Assembly (NCBI RefSeq): GCF_006345805.1 | Contig: NC_042997.1 | Coordinates: forward strand, 25,916,001-25,980,000 | DNA length: 64,000 bases | From: Octopus sinensis | Taxonomy: Eukaryota | Reading direction: 5' to 3' | Shown here: in pieces, positions 13,690-27,580 of the stretch | Position numbering within the stretch: the first letter of the stretch is position 1 | Layout: the number at the start of each line of letters is the position of its first letter | The notes under the pieces: generated by a model | The model's database searches: none | What the model was told of the DNA's origin: nothing | The model's input: only the letters and a program-made list of their open reading frames with translations | Position numbers and translations under genes: made by a program

Positions 13690-13904
13690 GTATTGGGTGG
13701 GGTTTCATATACCAGAGTTTGTGCGGAGTGGCTACGTCGATTAAAGCGACCACAGTGCTCTTTAAGATGTTTACTTTATTGAGTCCAAAAAGATGAAAGG
13801 CAAAGTCAACCTCGGCGGAATATGAACTCAGAACGTAGAGATGGACGAAATGCCGATATGCATGTTGCCCGACGTGCTAACGATTCTGCCAGCTCGCCGC
13901 CTTC
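13690..13904 (-). mobile_element. SINE family C copy
   Basis: Reverse complement of the C head and core. Confidence 0.8.
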
Positions 13905-13964
13905 AAGACCAGTAATATATCAGGATCAAATATATTTACTACATACTTTCTTGTATATATTTGA

Positions 13965-14800
13965 GAATTGTGGCCCATTAAAAAGTTATGGCAAAACAAT
14001 GGAAACAATGCATGGACAACTTCATAGGGATGTTGAAGTTAAGACAGACAGAGGAAAAAGATAGCTGTGGATGACTAAAAGTAATTTAAACCCGGAAACA
14101 GAGGCTCTAACATGTGTTGCCCAAGAGCAAGCACTAAGAACAAATTATATAAAATACAGAATAAACAACACATCAAAAAGTGATAAGTGCAGAATTTGTG
14201 AACAAAATGGGGAAAGCGTGTGGCATATCACCAGCGAATGTATGCCACTAGCCCAGAAGGAATATAAGGTAAGCCACGACAATATAGCAAGGCTTGTCCA
14301 CTGGACACGTTGCAACATGTATGGACTTGACAGAGCAAAAGAATTTTACGACCATAAACCCGAATGCATCATCGAAAATGATAATGCAAAGAGTTTATGG
14401 CATTTTATGATTCAGTGCGACCATGAGATAGAAAATAGAAAGCCAGGCATTGTCTTAATTGAGAAAGAAAGCAAACTATTCTGGATCATAGATATGCCTA
14501 GCTGGCAACAGGTTATGCGATAAAGAAGAAAGAAATATCGATAGATATAACAGATTAGCTTGGGAGGTTAAGCAGTTGTTGTCGACGAAAAAGGTGGTAT
14601 TAGTACCAATAATTGTCAGAGCCCTGAGAACACTGAGCAAAAATCTTGAGAAGTACATGGAACAAATAGGGGCTGCAATAATGGTGGAGCACTTGCAGAA
14701 AACAGTACTGCTTGGAACCGCTCGAATATTCCGGATGGTGTTCGAAAAATAAGAAATGCTACCTTAGTTCACTGGTAGTGAACGGCTGTGTAAAAGCTGT
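13965..14800 (+). mobile_element. R4/Dong-like RLE LINE 3' fragment (same subfamily as 3446-4938)
   Basis: CRICEQNGESVWHITSEC, HD..VHW, RKPGIVL, LQKTVLLGTARI; followed by (TAA)n at 14800-14850. Confidence 0.9.
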
Positions 14801-15249
14801 GTAAAGTAATAACAATAATAATAATACTAATTAATAATAATAATAATAATTAACGACACCCATAACAAAACCAAGCAAAAGAACGGCGGAAGGATGATCA
14901 TAAATACTATAAAATAGTTGATTTAGTAGTTATACACACACTATTATACATCACTCCTCCAAAAACATACAATAATAAATTCGTTCTATAAATTCTCAAC
15001 AAAATGAACAAAACACACGGGTGCCATAGAAGGCCAATACTCGACAGGAGAACACAACCTGCTCTTCACAAACAACACACAAAATAAAAACTAATACAAC
15101 GGAAGACTCAAAATCAACCCTATAACAAAACGTACTAATACAATACAATACCTTTCCCGCTCAAAAAAATAATACAGCATACTCCATCTCACCAGCATAA
15201 AGGTGCAACAGAAAGTTGCTGGAAATTTCAGATATCGAAACATAATAGT

Positions 15250-18200
15250 GGTGATGATGATGGTGATGAAGTGTACCTTACCTCAGTTTATGAGTGACAG
15301 AAGTTTCGGAAGAACTCAGGTTGTAACAGCGAAAATGAAGCTGGACATTTGAAGGAAGGCCTCTCGCTTGGCAGTGAAACAGTAAAGATGCAGATTGAAC
15401 AAAGCTGTCACCCTAATGCAACATCAGTAGATAATTGAGTAAGTAGGAAGTGGACCAGCGTAGAAAAAAGATAATGATACACTGATACTTAGAAAGTGAA
15501 CCTAAAAGAAGGGCCTATAGAAAACAGATGTTAACACTTTGGGTAGAGAGGAGTATGTTCAAAGTGACTGAGCAGGAATCAGTAGATCAAGCTAATACTA
15601 TTAGAAGAAAGTGGATGACAGAATTGGAGGTAGAAGTGTTCACAATAGAACTGTAAATGAAAGACCAGGCAATGGGAAAGACGAACAACATAAGAGATGT
15701 AGCTCATACCAAAGAAGAACCTAAAGGAAACAAATAATAATAGCGCCACCAATAAGGATGGGACGACTGACACCAACGACTTGAGTGATTTAAGTGTGGA
15801 AGATTAGAAGATTTTAGGTGAATTGTGAAGTAATGAATAAAAAGTAAGAAAAAGATTGCCAGCATTAAAACGTACTGCAAAAATGATTAGGAAAGTAGAT
15901 TCTGTTACCAGTAGGAAATATACTGAAAATATAGAAGACACTATCTTATTGATCTATGCAGGAGGGGTAGTAGTCACCAGGAGATAAGATATTCCACAGG
16001 GAAAGATTAAGAAAGAACCAATAATGAAAAGGAGACTAAAAAATAAGGTGAACACTTTAAGACAAGATCTGAGTTGAATAAAAGTCAGGAAAACAAACAA
16101 GTTAGGAAACACAAGATGCAAATCTTCCCTCCGGAAAGATATTTAATCAAAGAGAAAGGATTGGGGACAATTATAGGAGAGATGAAACAGCGTATCATAG
16201 CAGTAGCAAGCAGGCTCTCCAATATCAGTAAAGAATTGATCAGTATCAATAGAACAGACTATTTGAGGCAGACCAGAGGATGTTTTATAGCCTAATAAAT
16301 ATTGGAGAACGAAGGACTGAAGATGAGAAACCTAATGCAGAGGAAGATAGAAATTTCTTGAGTAATATTTTGGATAAACCAATCTATCATAATGGAGATG
16401 CAGTATGCTTAAAGAAAGTGAAGAAAAAAGTAGTGAGTGAGTATCAACCAAATCTAAGATTACCTTGTGCATTAATGAGTAAAGTGTTAGGGAAAAAGCC
16501 CGAATTGGAAGGGCCCGGGACAAGATGTAGTTCAAGGGTACTGGCTAAAGGAATTCAGTAGTTTACATGAGAGACTGAGGGAACAACTTCAGGATGTCCT
16601 TAATGGAAGAATAATACCAGACTGGATGACTAGAAGAAGGGCAATACTTATTATGGAGGATAAGAGCAAGGGTAATACAGCTAGCAACTATAGACCAATC
16701 ACTTGCTTGTCATTAGAGTGGAAGCTGTGGACAGGAATGCTTTCAGAAAGCTTTTACGAGCACCACCTTGACAATCTCAATTTTCTACCAGGTGAACAGA
16801 AACGTTGCAAGAAGAAGGCTAGAGGAACGCCTGATCTATTATATATAGACAAAGCTGTTCTGAATTAAGTAAGATCTAGAAAGAAAAGTATAACAATAGC
16901 ATGGACAGATTATAGAAAGGCCTACGACGTGATCCCACACTCATGTATAAGTGGATGTGTGCGTATATTCAGTATACCAGACAACATAAGAGAATTAATT
17001 AGCTTTAGGATGAAGAAATAAGAAGTAGATCTCTACTCAGGTGGCACACTCTTAGGGAAAGTTAATATCAAAAGATAAATTTTCCAAGGGGACTTGCTGT
17101 CCTCTCTAATATTTGTCTTATGTTTGATACCCTTCAGTTTATTATTAAGGAAGGCAAATGCAGGGTATCAGTTCAGAAATAATAATAGAAAAATCAACCA
17201 TTTGCTCTACTTGAATGGTTTGAAACTTTTTAGAAAGAATGAAAAAGAGAGATTCTTTAATACAGGCTGTAAGACTCTTCAGCGAAGATATAGGCATGGA
17301 ATTTGGCATAGATAAGTGTGGAATATTAGTCATGAGAAGGGGACATGTAGTCAACAGCGAAGGCATCCAATTAACAGATGGCCAGACATGAAAAATATTG
17401 AAAGGAGTAGAGAGCTATAAGTATCTAGGAGTATTAGAATCATCTGACAGAGTACTAACTACTGAAATGAAAGCGAAAATTGAAAAGGCATTCCATGGTA
17501 GATTCCTAAAGATAGTTGCAGTAAATAGTAGTAGTGAGACATGGATATGGTTGCAGAAATTAAGGCTGAAAAGAGATACACAAAGTTTGTTAGTAGCAGC
17601 ATAAGATCAAGCATTAAGGATTGTTGGATAAAATCAAGTAGATTCCCAAAGTAGATTATACAAATAAAAAGAGGAAAGCGTTACTCATATGTAGTATACT
17701 TACACAGAAAGAATACAAGGAAAGACATCATAACCTTGGGATAGTAATCTACTGGGAGCTATGTAGAAAGCAAGGATTTCAATATACTAATAAATTATAT
17801 GAACATGAACCTAGTAAAGTACTAGAAAGTAAGAAATACTGGATGTTGTAGGACTTTAACATTCAGGCTGACTAAAAGAAGCTAGGCCTGATTTAGTAGT
17901 AGTAAGTAAAAGGAATAGAAAGTGCTAGATAATTGACTTTGCAGTCTCAAATGATGAGAAAATTAAAATGAGAGATATAGGAAAAATAGCAAAGTACCAA
18001 TACCAAGCCGTTGACTTAAAGAGACTATGGAAAGTGCGGGTTAAAAGTATCCCAGTAGTTATAGGTGCATTGGGAACTATCTCTAAAGAACTGGCAGATG
18101 GGTAGAGAAAATAGGCATAAAACCTATTTAGTACAGCTGCAGAAAACAGTGTTATTAGGGACAACTAGGAAACTTAGGAGGGTTCCTGTCATCTAAGGTT

Positions 18201-18270
18201 ACTGTTCGAACCCGATGTTTGGAATCTTTCTTTTCCAACAGTCTAATCTGTTTTGTGTGTATATGAAAAT
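15250..18270 (+). mobile_element. Near-full-length decayed R4/Dong-like RLE LINE
   Basis: N-terminal EPKRRAYRKQMLTLW..EQ..DQA..I..WMTELEVE; RT NYRPITCL, EQK, DYRKAYD, FQGD, HLLY; RLE RPDLV..IIDFAV..KY; many stops; 5' boundary approximate. Confidence 0.85.
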
Positions 18271-18289
18271 AATAATAGCAATATTTTTT

Positions 18290-18610
18290 GCTAAAGGCGC
18301 GAGGCCTTGAACTTTAGGGAGAGGGCTATTCGATTACATCGACAATGAAAATAAAATTCACTTCAGTGAGATTTTAAGTCAGGACGAGAAGAGCCGAGAC
18401 AATAGGTGAAACGTAGTTTCTTCGGTCACTGTGATGATTTTGTAGCCATAAAAACAGAACAAGAAAACAATAATAATGTTTCTGAGTTAGGGTGTGTTTG
18501 ACGATATTGACGGCCTCAGTACTAAACTGGTATTCTATTTTGTCAACTCCAGAGGAATGAAAGGATGACGTTAATGGGATTTGAACACAGAACGTAAAAA
18601 TGGGTCGTTA
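18290..18610 (-). mobile_element. Diverged SINE family C remnants
   Basis: CGATTACATCGAC and AACTGGTA..GGAATGAAAGG..GGATTTGAAC blocks. Confidence 0.55.
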
Positions 18611-19630
18611 CTAAGCCACAGCAAGGTATTTGTTTTTCCGATTCTCGAACGATATCATTCGATCTAAAACCCTGATATTTTAATCACAATAACAACAACA
18701 CCCGCACAAACTAGAAGAAGAACAACAACAATAACAGCAGCAACATAACTAATATAACAATATCTACGATAACAAATGCATTTTTTCTATTTTATATCAA
18801 TCTCATCTGCTACATTCGATCTCCGCATTCTCTGTAGTTATCCTTTATTTCGCCGTTAATCGCCTTCTAGCTAATATATGAAACGCTTCTTCTACTGCTT
18901 TTCTCTCCATCATCTGTCTCTGTTTTTCGCTAATCTACTTCCTCTCAATCTCTCACTGTCTCCCTATCGCTCTATCTCAATGTCTTTATACATTTCTCTC
19001 TATCTCTCACTGTCTCTGTCTCTTTATCTTTGTTCCTACGCTATCCTCCCTTACTCTCTGCCCCTGTCGCATCAACGCACTTCATCGAATCTGGCACATA
19101 GTTAGGCCACACATATAGGAATGGTAAGATTAAGATGTTAAGATATTAAAATTTCCATACGTTGCTATCGCATGCCAAAGCTGTCAGCAAAGACATTTGA
19201 AAGTAATACCAATACTCCGCTGTTATCTAGTCTACTTTGATCAAAGCTCTGCTGGACACTGTCCAGTTTATTGCCATTTTTATGAAATGGACTGCTTAGA
19301 CCTTACTGCGTGAACACGACATCACAGAATCATTTGCGATAATAGAAAATACTTGCTAGCGTTTAACCCTTCTATGGCTAGAGTGTTAAATTACAAAAGG
19401 CTTTCTCACTATGCATGTTAAATACTTGTACACACACAGACACACACGCGCGCGCAGACACACACACGCACACACGCACAAACATACATATGTAAATACG
19501 TATACGTGCATATGCTTATGTGTATAAATAAATGCGTGCGTGTGTGTTTGCGTATATACACGTGTCAATATGCAGATTGAAAGTACATACAGACACTCTT
19601 GCACATAGGTACACACATATACACTGTTAC

Positions 19631-19669
<39 letters not shown>

Positions 19670-20344
19670 GAATGGTAGGTAGTGGGAGAGAGGAAAAGAG
19701 AGAGAAAGAATATCAGAGAACCTTAGACGAACAGCACAACATTTATACTAAGGATTGTGAAAATATAGTGAATACATCTCCATCGAAGTATAGAATAGAT
19801 GGTGTAGTTCTCGATGTATTATTTTGTAAGACAAAGACATAGCAATAACCAGAACGTCTTGCATAAATTTATTCAATGCAGGCTACAAAGGGAAAAATAT
19901 ATAGAATGGAAAAAAATCCTATAGAAAAAAAAATGGTTTTAAACAACTAAGATATTTAAGTTTTACTAACGCCGCTTGTAAAATGACATCAGACGTGATA
20001 TACTCAGAATATTACCTAACTTTTTCCTTGGTTATATCATATTTGAACAGGTTCATGCTGTAGGAATTGCGAATAAAATCTCTTAAATCTTATCTTATAT
20101 AATTTTATCTTTGATTCTGAGAAATAGCCACGGGCTGACTCCTATCGAAGAATTCTCTATTATTAAGCGTTTATTCCATTATCGTCCCGACTGTTTATGT
20201 ATCAAAGACCATATTTTCCAATATACACTTTTATTTAGTAAGACACTGATGTGTGATTTTAACGAGTATTTGGCTGCAATTTCTAGAAGGTGGAGTCAGT
20301 ATGTAGTGATTCGTTCAATTTATCCATGATAGTATATATGTATA

Positions 20345-20790
20345 ATGTCCAAGTAGAATTTTAAAGTTATATATATGAGCCATTGTTGAGGCATTCCTTG
20401 AAGCATGGTAGGGGCGTTTGGGGTGGTCTGTAGAGCCCAGCTACTACTGAGTTGTTAGTTTCACCGAATACAGCGACTGCTTCGCAGTAACCATTAGAAG
20501 ATATGTTCATAGCCTCTGTTGAGAAAGAATTATGAACATAAATGGCAGTCCCACCCTTTCTTCTGCCAGCACGATCAGCACGAATGGCTTTGAAATTTTT
20601 CACTTTCACCTCGGCTTCAGAGTGGAGGTTACTAAGATGGGTTTCAGTGAGGACGAAGAAACAGATGTGGTTTGGATGGGCATGAACCCAGTCCTCCAGG
20701 AATTTTATCTTCCATTTTTGAGCATTGGTGGAAGGGCTGATGCCTTGGGCGTTAATCAAAAATGCTGAGGCGAGAGTGGATGGCTTTAAT
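20345..20790 (-). mobile_element. APE endonuclease fragment of a LINE related to 1-1925
   Basis: INAQG..LTETHL..RADRAGRRKGGTAIY..SNGYCE..GLYRPP aligns by eye with the 1336-1900 translation. Confidence 0.85.
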
Positions 20791-20830
20791 TGTTTTGGTG
20801 TTTTGTTTATTTATGTGTATATATATATTA

Positions 20831-20910
<80 letters not shown>

Positions 20911-21086
20911 GCATACATACATATTTGCACAGATAAACCGACATACTCATACATAAGTGTATATATATATTATTAAATATGTTTGTGTACGTATGCAATC
21001 GACACGCATCTACAGAATTGCTTTAATGAAATTCCACTAACAAATTATTGTCAAAAAGGTGGATTTACCTACCAGATACAAATGTT

Positions 21087-21124
<38 letters not shown>

Positions 21125-21223
21125 TATATAAGCATATGTACATTTATATGTGTATATAATTATATATATGTGTGTGTGTGGTGTGTGTGTGTGTGTGTGT
21201 GTGTCTGTATGTGTGTGCGCGCA

Positions 21224-21255
<32 letters not shown>

Positions 21256-22089
21256 GATCGACTTTTGAATGCAGTTAACGTTTTGGCGTTACTTCCTATC
21301 TGTTTATCTTACGTTTCGACAAAAAGATTCTATAGAATCGACACCAGACTGAAAACTAGAACTAGGAGCAACAAGATCTACTAAGAAACCTTAAAGGCGG
21401 TGCCTTTTCACGGCTGTATCTCAGTGATTGACAGCAGTAAAAAAAATGTATTAATATATTTTCTTCCTCACCTCGTATTTCATAATAATATACTATTATA
21501 ATGCTCGATGGTCATAGTGTACGTGGATTTCATCCCCTCAAAGGGAGAAAGTTAGTGTTGCTTGTGTTACAGTATCGCTTAGATTTCGTATCAAGTGCAA
21601 TTTGACATATCTTTCAAATTTTGAGGAATGCTGGAAACAAATTAATTATAAACTTGAGGTAGGTGTACTAGACGCTAAACGAGGCAAGTATTAAATTTTT
21701 CTCATTGTTCATCGCATTTTCATTTTACCATGCTTGCGGGTATCTGCCAATGCGAGTGTTAGTATGTATAGAACCGTGCATGCGTTAGACTGCATGCTTC
21801 GCTATATAGCTGAGTTAGTTTGAGATTTACTTAGTCATACCTTAATATATCTCCTAAAACAGTTCCCAAATCTCTCTCCAACACACACACACGCACACTT
21901 TATATATATATATATCTCAATACATCATATGTATATATATATATACATGTGTGTGTGTGTTTATATATGTATGGGCTTCTTTCTGTTTCCGTCTTCCAAA
22001 TTCACACAAAAGGCTATAGTAGAAGACATTTGGCACGCAGCAGCCACGCCTGAGCTTACAAAGAAATTCTTGTCAGAACATATATATAC

Positions 22090-22224
<135 letters not shown>

Positions 22225-23376
22225 ATATACGGAAAAGGAAGGTTACATAGACGTTTAAAATAAAGGAACTTTAGTATAAACTTACGTATATTTTTTAGTT
22301 TTCCTACATTTGCTCCTACATTTGCTCTGTAGTTTATAACTGATCATACTACACATTATGGAAATTAAGTAACCACTATACAGCAAGGCGACCTGATAAT
22401 GCGAATCTATGTTGAAATCTAAGTATAAATATTTAGTAGTGGAACATATACTTGTACATATAATTTCCAATATATGTGCGTGCACCTGTGGGACTTACGT
22501 CTGTGTGTGTGTTTGTGCGTAAGCATATGTTTAAATGTATGCAGATATGCAAATATAGAGAAAGATAGATACATACCAAAAAATATATATGGTAACTGTG
22601 TCTGTATGTGTTATATTTCAGTGGGTGTGATATAATTGTTGCAGGAGAGAAAGAGTGAGGATGCAAGAGACGAGAAAGTGAAAAAACAAGTAGAAAAATA
22701 TTCATACAAGGATATATGAACATTATCAGATTTACATATTATCCGAGCGTGTTTTCTCATGTAGATATTAATTTATTGCGAGGCGAATTTTTGTTCTTTT
22801 ATTTCTCTCATATAGTTTTCGAAATGATGTTCATTTTAATTACGAAGTGATCAGTGAATAATCAACAAAGGATGGATATATCAGTTTATTCTCTAGAGAT
22901 CGCCTTGCAAACCTTGCACCCGTGAAACTCCTATTCACAATACGTATCCAAATAACAATATCTCTATGTATACATTCATACAGCAAGCATACGAACTTAC
23001 ATAAAGACACTCAATCATATATACATATTTGTGTGTGTGTGTGTGCGTGTTGTGTGTATATATATGTGTGTATTTGTGTACATAAGTATTGTAGGGTGCG
23101 TTTTCTTTTTCCCTTTCATACATTAAACTGGTACAAGTTATTAAATATGGTATGGCGACAGTAATTCTACTCTGGCGTTGATTATCATCCCTTTTCTAGC
23201 ATCTATAATGTACGTGTTGACACCGGTGTTATGATGAGGCCGGCTTTAGTTACTGTAAATTAGTCAGAATACTATTAAAGTAATATTATATTCTTGAACT
23301 CTCCCTAACATTTTCATTCTACATATATTTACCTTCTAGTCCGTTTGTATATCTATGAACATGAATGCTTGTATTA

Positions 23377-23422
<46 letters not shown>

Positions 23423-24383
23423 TTTACTGTTTGTCTTTGTATTTACCTCTTTCCATCCTTGTATGTAAATAAGTAAATATACGTACATTTATCTAACTGT
23501 TTATTTAATACAATAAACGTATATGACAATCTCAATAGTAATCAATTTCTACTTTACACCCTCCCCACACACACGCTTACACACGCACGAGTGCACGCAC
23601 ACACGTACACTCTCTCTACCCACATCTCTCTCTCTACCCACATCTCTCTCTCTACCTACATCTCTCTCTACCCCATCACTCTCTCACTCTGTATATATAT
23701 ATATATACACACACATTTATTTGTATATATATACATAAATATATATATATATATATATATATACATGCACGCACACAGACACGTGTATATATGTTTGTAT
23801 GTATGTAAGCATGTATGTGCGTATGTATTTATTCATACATGTATGCATGTATTTCGCCATCACATCCTTTTCTGTGCTCTTTTTGTTTCTACATTGATGT
23901 TTAATGGCTAATTTGAAATTACAGATACCGAAAAACTAACACTTAAGCTGTGGTGTGTGTGTGTGTATCAACTTATGTAAGTATGTATGTATGCGTGTAT
24001 GTTTGTATGTATATATCTATGTTCGTCTGTACGCATGAATATATATATAAGTACATATGTATGCTGTATAAAATTTCTTTTTCAGTAGCCTCATGTGGTT
24101 TCAAATTCATCAACGGAAACCGATGTACGAAATTGAAACAATAAACAAAACAGGATATAATTACAAAATCCATCTTTATAAATTTGTCAATATCGAAACT
24201 GGCCAATAGAAAGTAATATACGGCAACTGATTTTTGGCATTGAATACAGGCAAGCCATTCATTTAGCAATAACAGGAGTAATGCCATTACAAAGAATCGT
24301 TGTATTAAAAAAGATACCGCTACACGTATGTCAAAACGCAAGTTTTAAGAACAAATAATAAACCGGATATAATGGCAACACCA

Positions 24384-24765
24384 AGGCGCAGGAGTGGCTG
24401 TGTGGTAAGTATCTTGCTAACCATCCACATGGTTCCGGGTTCAGTCCTACTGCATGTTACCTTGGGCGAGTGTCTTCTGCTATATTCTCGGGTCGACCAA
24501 AGCCTTGTGAGTGGATCTGGTAGATGGAAACTGAAAGAAGCCCGTCGTATATATATATGTGTGTGTGTGTGTATTTGTGTGTCCGTGTTTGTCCCCCCAC
24601 CATCACTTGACAACTGATGCTGGTGTATTTATGTCCCCACAACTTAGCGGTTCGGCAAAAGAGACCGATAGAAGAAGTACTAGGCTAAAAAAGAATTTGC
24701 TCGACTAAAGACAGTGGTCCAGCATGGCCGCAGTCAGATGATTGAAACAAGTAAAAGAATAAAAG
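24384..24765 (+). mobile_element. SINE family B copy
   Basis: Colinear with 12569-12956. Confidence 0.85.
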
Positions 24766-25419
24766 TTTAGAACACTCTAGTCAGCTTATTGGCAAGTCAA
24801 ACGAGAGCAATCATAAAGAATCTTAGTAAATGATCTTAAGAAGGGTCGAATTAAATTGAGAAAGAAAGAAAAAAAGATACTGAAGGGAAGTATCGCGCAA
24901 TGTCAACCAACCTTTCTCGTCCTTATCTAGGATGGGAGGGTGCGATTTGATGGAATCTATGACACTAAGCGAGGTCATAGGAATTCTCTTGCAACGTGTT
25001 TTCGGAGATTTATTGTCTATTTAAATGTTGCGTCGAAATGATGAAATCAAATAATTTTAAAGTATTGTAATTTGTGTCTATACACCTAAATAAATACACA
25101 CACATGCACACACACATACACACACATATCGGTCAATAGTTCATATACCCGAACAAGATGCACTATAGCAGTTGTATATTTTAGAAGGTTGCATTAGAGC
25201 TATTTTTTATTTAGAAGATTGTTTGTTATGGCAGGTCAGAAAGTGGCTATTGTATAGGTGAAGCGTCAGACTCAAATGGTTGCAGGTAAATAACCTCTCA
25301 ACACCCGGAGGGAAGAAAATTCCATGCTCAGTTAATTTTGTAAGCAAAAGATTTCTGGAACGAAACCCGTACAATTACAGCCTTGGCCGAAGCAGAGTTA
25401 CCGCTGTTACGTTGTTTCT

Positions 25420-25960
25420 AGCCATGTTAACAATGGCTTTCGACTTTGGTGGCATGTTCGTAGGCTACGAATACAGAATTTCCTGTTGGCAACATTGACT
25501 AAATACTTTGTTTTTGAAGTTTAAAAATGTCCGCGGATCAAGTGAGTTTTTCCGGATACTTGCTCCTTTGGCTAAGCAAAGATCCCTGCTCATTTTTTTT
25601 TTTGCTCCCGTTGAGAAAAGGAGGTGGTTGTTCTAGAAGCCACCATTAGATTATGTATGGCGGACCCTCCTCTTTTAAACGTCATATGTAGCTGGCTAGG
25701 TATGTGATGTTGCGTTTATCTTACATATCCTAAAGGCGGGTCTGTATTTAATCAGGCGTTGCTTGAACGGGCTGCCTATGGAACCGATATATTTCCGTGT
25801 CATTGCTCTTTTGCTGGTGGTGTTGCATCCACTGTTGTTGGTCTCCTTAACGCAGTCGATGTTGTTGTCACTATTGGGTCCAGTCTTGGTGTTGACGCTG
25901 TTGTTGATCATTCACTCTAAACTCTACAATCGCATCCTGCCAGTGATAGTGTGATTTCTA
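25420..25960 (-). mobile_element. Penelope-like element GIY-YIG endonuclease fragment
   Basis: KYIGSIGSPFKQRL..F, then LASYI*RLKE..W..L..P..NGSK..LCL..LN..CC; frameshifted. Confidence 0.65.
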
Positions 25961-26006
25961 TGCATTTTTAACACTTTCTCAACTATCTCTCGCTCTGTCG
26001 ATATAT

Positions 26007-26378
26007 GGAAGCACTCCGTCGGTTACGACGACGAGGGTTCCGGTTGATCCGAATCAACGGAACAGCCTACTCATGAAATTAACGTGTAAGTGGCTGAGCA
26101 CTCCACAGACACGTGTACACTTAACGTAGTTCTCGGGGATATTCAGCGTGACACAGAGAGTGACAAGGCCGGCCCTTTTGAAATACAGGTACAACAGAAA
26201 CAGGAAGTAAGAGTGAGAGAAAGCTGTGGTGAAAGAGTACAGCAGGGATCACCACCATCCCCTGCCGGAGCCTCGTGGAGCTTTAGGTGTTTTCGCTCAA
26301 TAAACACTCACAACGCCCGGTCTGGGAATCGAAACCGCGAGTCCGCTGCCCTAACCACTGGTCCATTGCGCCTCCACT
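26007..26378 (-). mobile_element. tRNA-derived SINE family A, full length
   Basis: Near-identical to the 38025, 42212 and 50050 copies; TSD CTCT(G/A)TCGATATAT at 25993-26006 and 26377-26390. Confidence 0.92.
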
Positions 26379-26577
26379 CTATCGATATATATAGGTATAG
26401 GAAATCCAAAGAGAAAAAACGAAAAGCAAACACAAAGAAAAAAAAACAGCGCGAGGACGTGGTACATGCAAAGTATTAGCAGACGCTCGAGGAAGGAAAT
26501 GAAGGTGGTTTTACGTTTTACGCTTGTAGAAAACATAAATCCGGAGAAGCACTCTCTAAGATGTAGAGCAGTGTACA

Positions 26578-26777
26578 TTTTAATGGGGAAGGCTGGTTTA
26601 TGAGATTGCCCTGGTTTTCCTGTCCATAAAGTGTTTAGCTTGGTAGCATATCGTCAGACTCCAAAACTCTTTAGTCTTAGGCCAACAGGTTCTGAGGACT
26701 GGCGATACGCCATAAAGCTAAACCCTTTATGGACGAGAAACCCAGGCTAATCCCATAAACCTGCCTCCCGACTGAAA
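26578..26777. repeat. ~200-bp imperfect foldback (MITE-like), ~89-bp arms and 21-nt spacer
   Basis: 26578-26667 is roughly 80% identical to the reverse complement of 26689-26777. Confidence 0.75.
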
Positions 26778-26793
26778 TATATATATATAGATA

Positions 26794-26878
26794 TATATGA
26801 ATAAATGAAAGAATGGAGTCGAACGAAGATGTTAACAAAACATCGTCGTTCGACTCCATTCTTTCATTTATTCATATA
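26794..26878. repeat. Near-perfect 85-nt palindrome/hairpin
   Basis: 33 perfect bp + 1 mismatch + 6 bp, 5-nt loop AACAA. Confidence 0.9.
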
Positions 26879-27003
26879 CAACATACAAATTTCTACACAT
26901 GAACCCGGAGTTTTTACACTTGACAGGTCGCTTCAACCGTGTTTTCTGACGTGAATTTGCTACCCAGGTTTCGGTTAAACGAATAGGAAAATTCATTCAC
27001 CTA

Positions 27004-27043
<40 letters not shown>

Positions 27044-27389
27044 TTTTTTTGCAAGCGTCGATTTTGTTTGGTATTTTACAGAAAAGAAAGTCAATTTCGT
27101 AAGCAGTAAATTTGTAAGAACAGCACAGAGATTGGGCATTTTATTGTAAAACAGGTAAGATTTGCCAGCAGGCGGCTACGGCAGTCAAACCTGCAGAAGT
27201 CAGATACTGGCTGAGTTTTCAACCATGGAAATAAACGGCCCGCTGACCACAGTTGCCGCCAGTTTTAAAGGTTTTCGAATACGACATAGCAAACGCATTC
27301 GATTCTTCCACACAGACAAACTAAGATGAATGATTATAATACCCAGCTTTCGCTTACGCGCTGAGGTTAAATATTGCTTTCGCAGATTA

Positions 27390-27580
27390 GCACAAGGCTA
27401 ATAATTTCGAGGGAGACAGAAAGTTTATTTCACTGACCTGAGTGTTCAACTGGTACTTATTTTCAATCGACATTGACAGAATGAAGGGCAAAGTCAACTC
27501 GACGGAATTTGAACTCAGAGCGTAAAGACGGACGACACGCCGCTAAGCATTTTGCCCAGTGTTCTAATGATTCTCCGAAC
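27390..27580 (-). mobile_element. Diverged SINE family C copy
   Basis: Reverse complement of the C core and head. Confidence 0.7.

Noticed and set aside
14850-15230. A/C-rich stretch vaguely like an APE N-terminus
   Set aside because: Motifs too degraded to call
26640-26720. CTGACGA and CTGAGGA hammerhead-like cores in the foldback
   Set aside because: GAAA and stems I/III are absent
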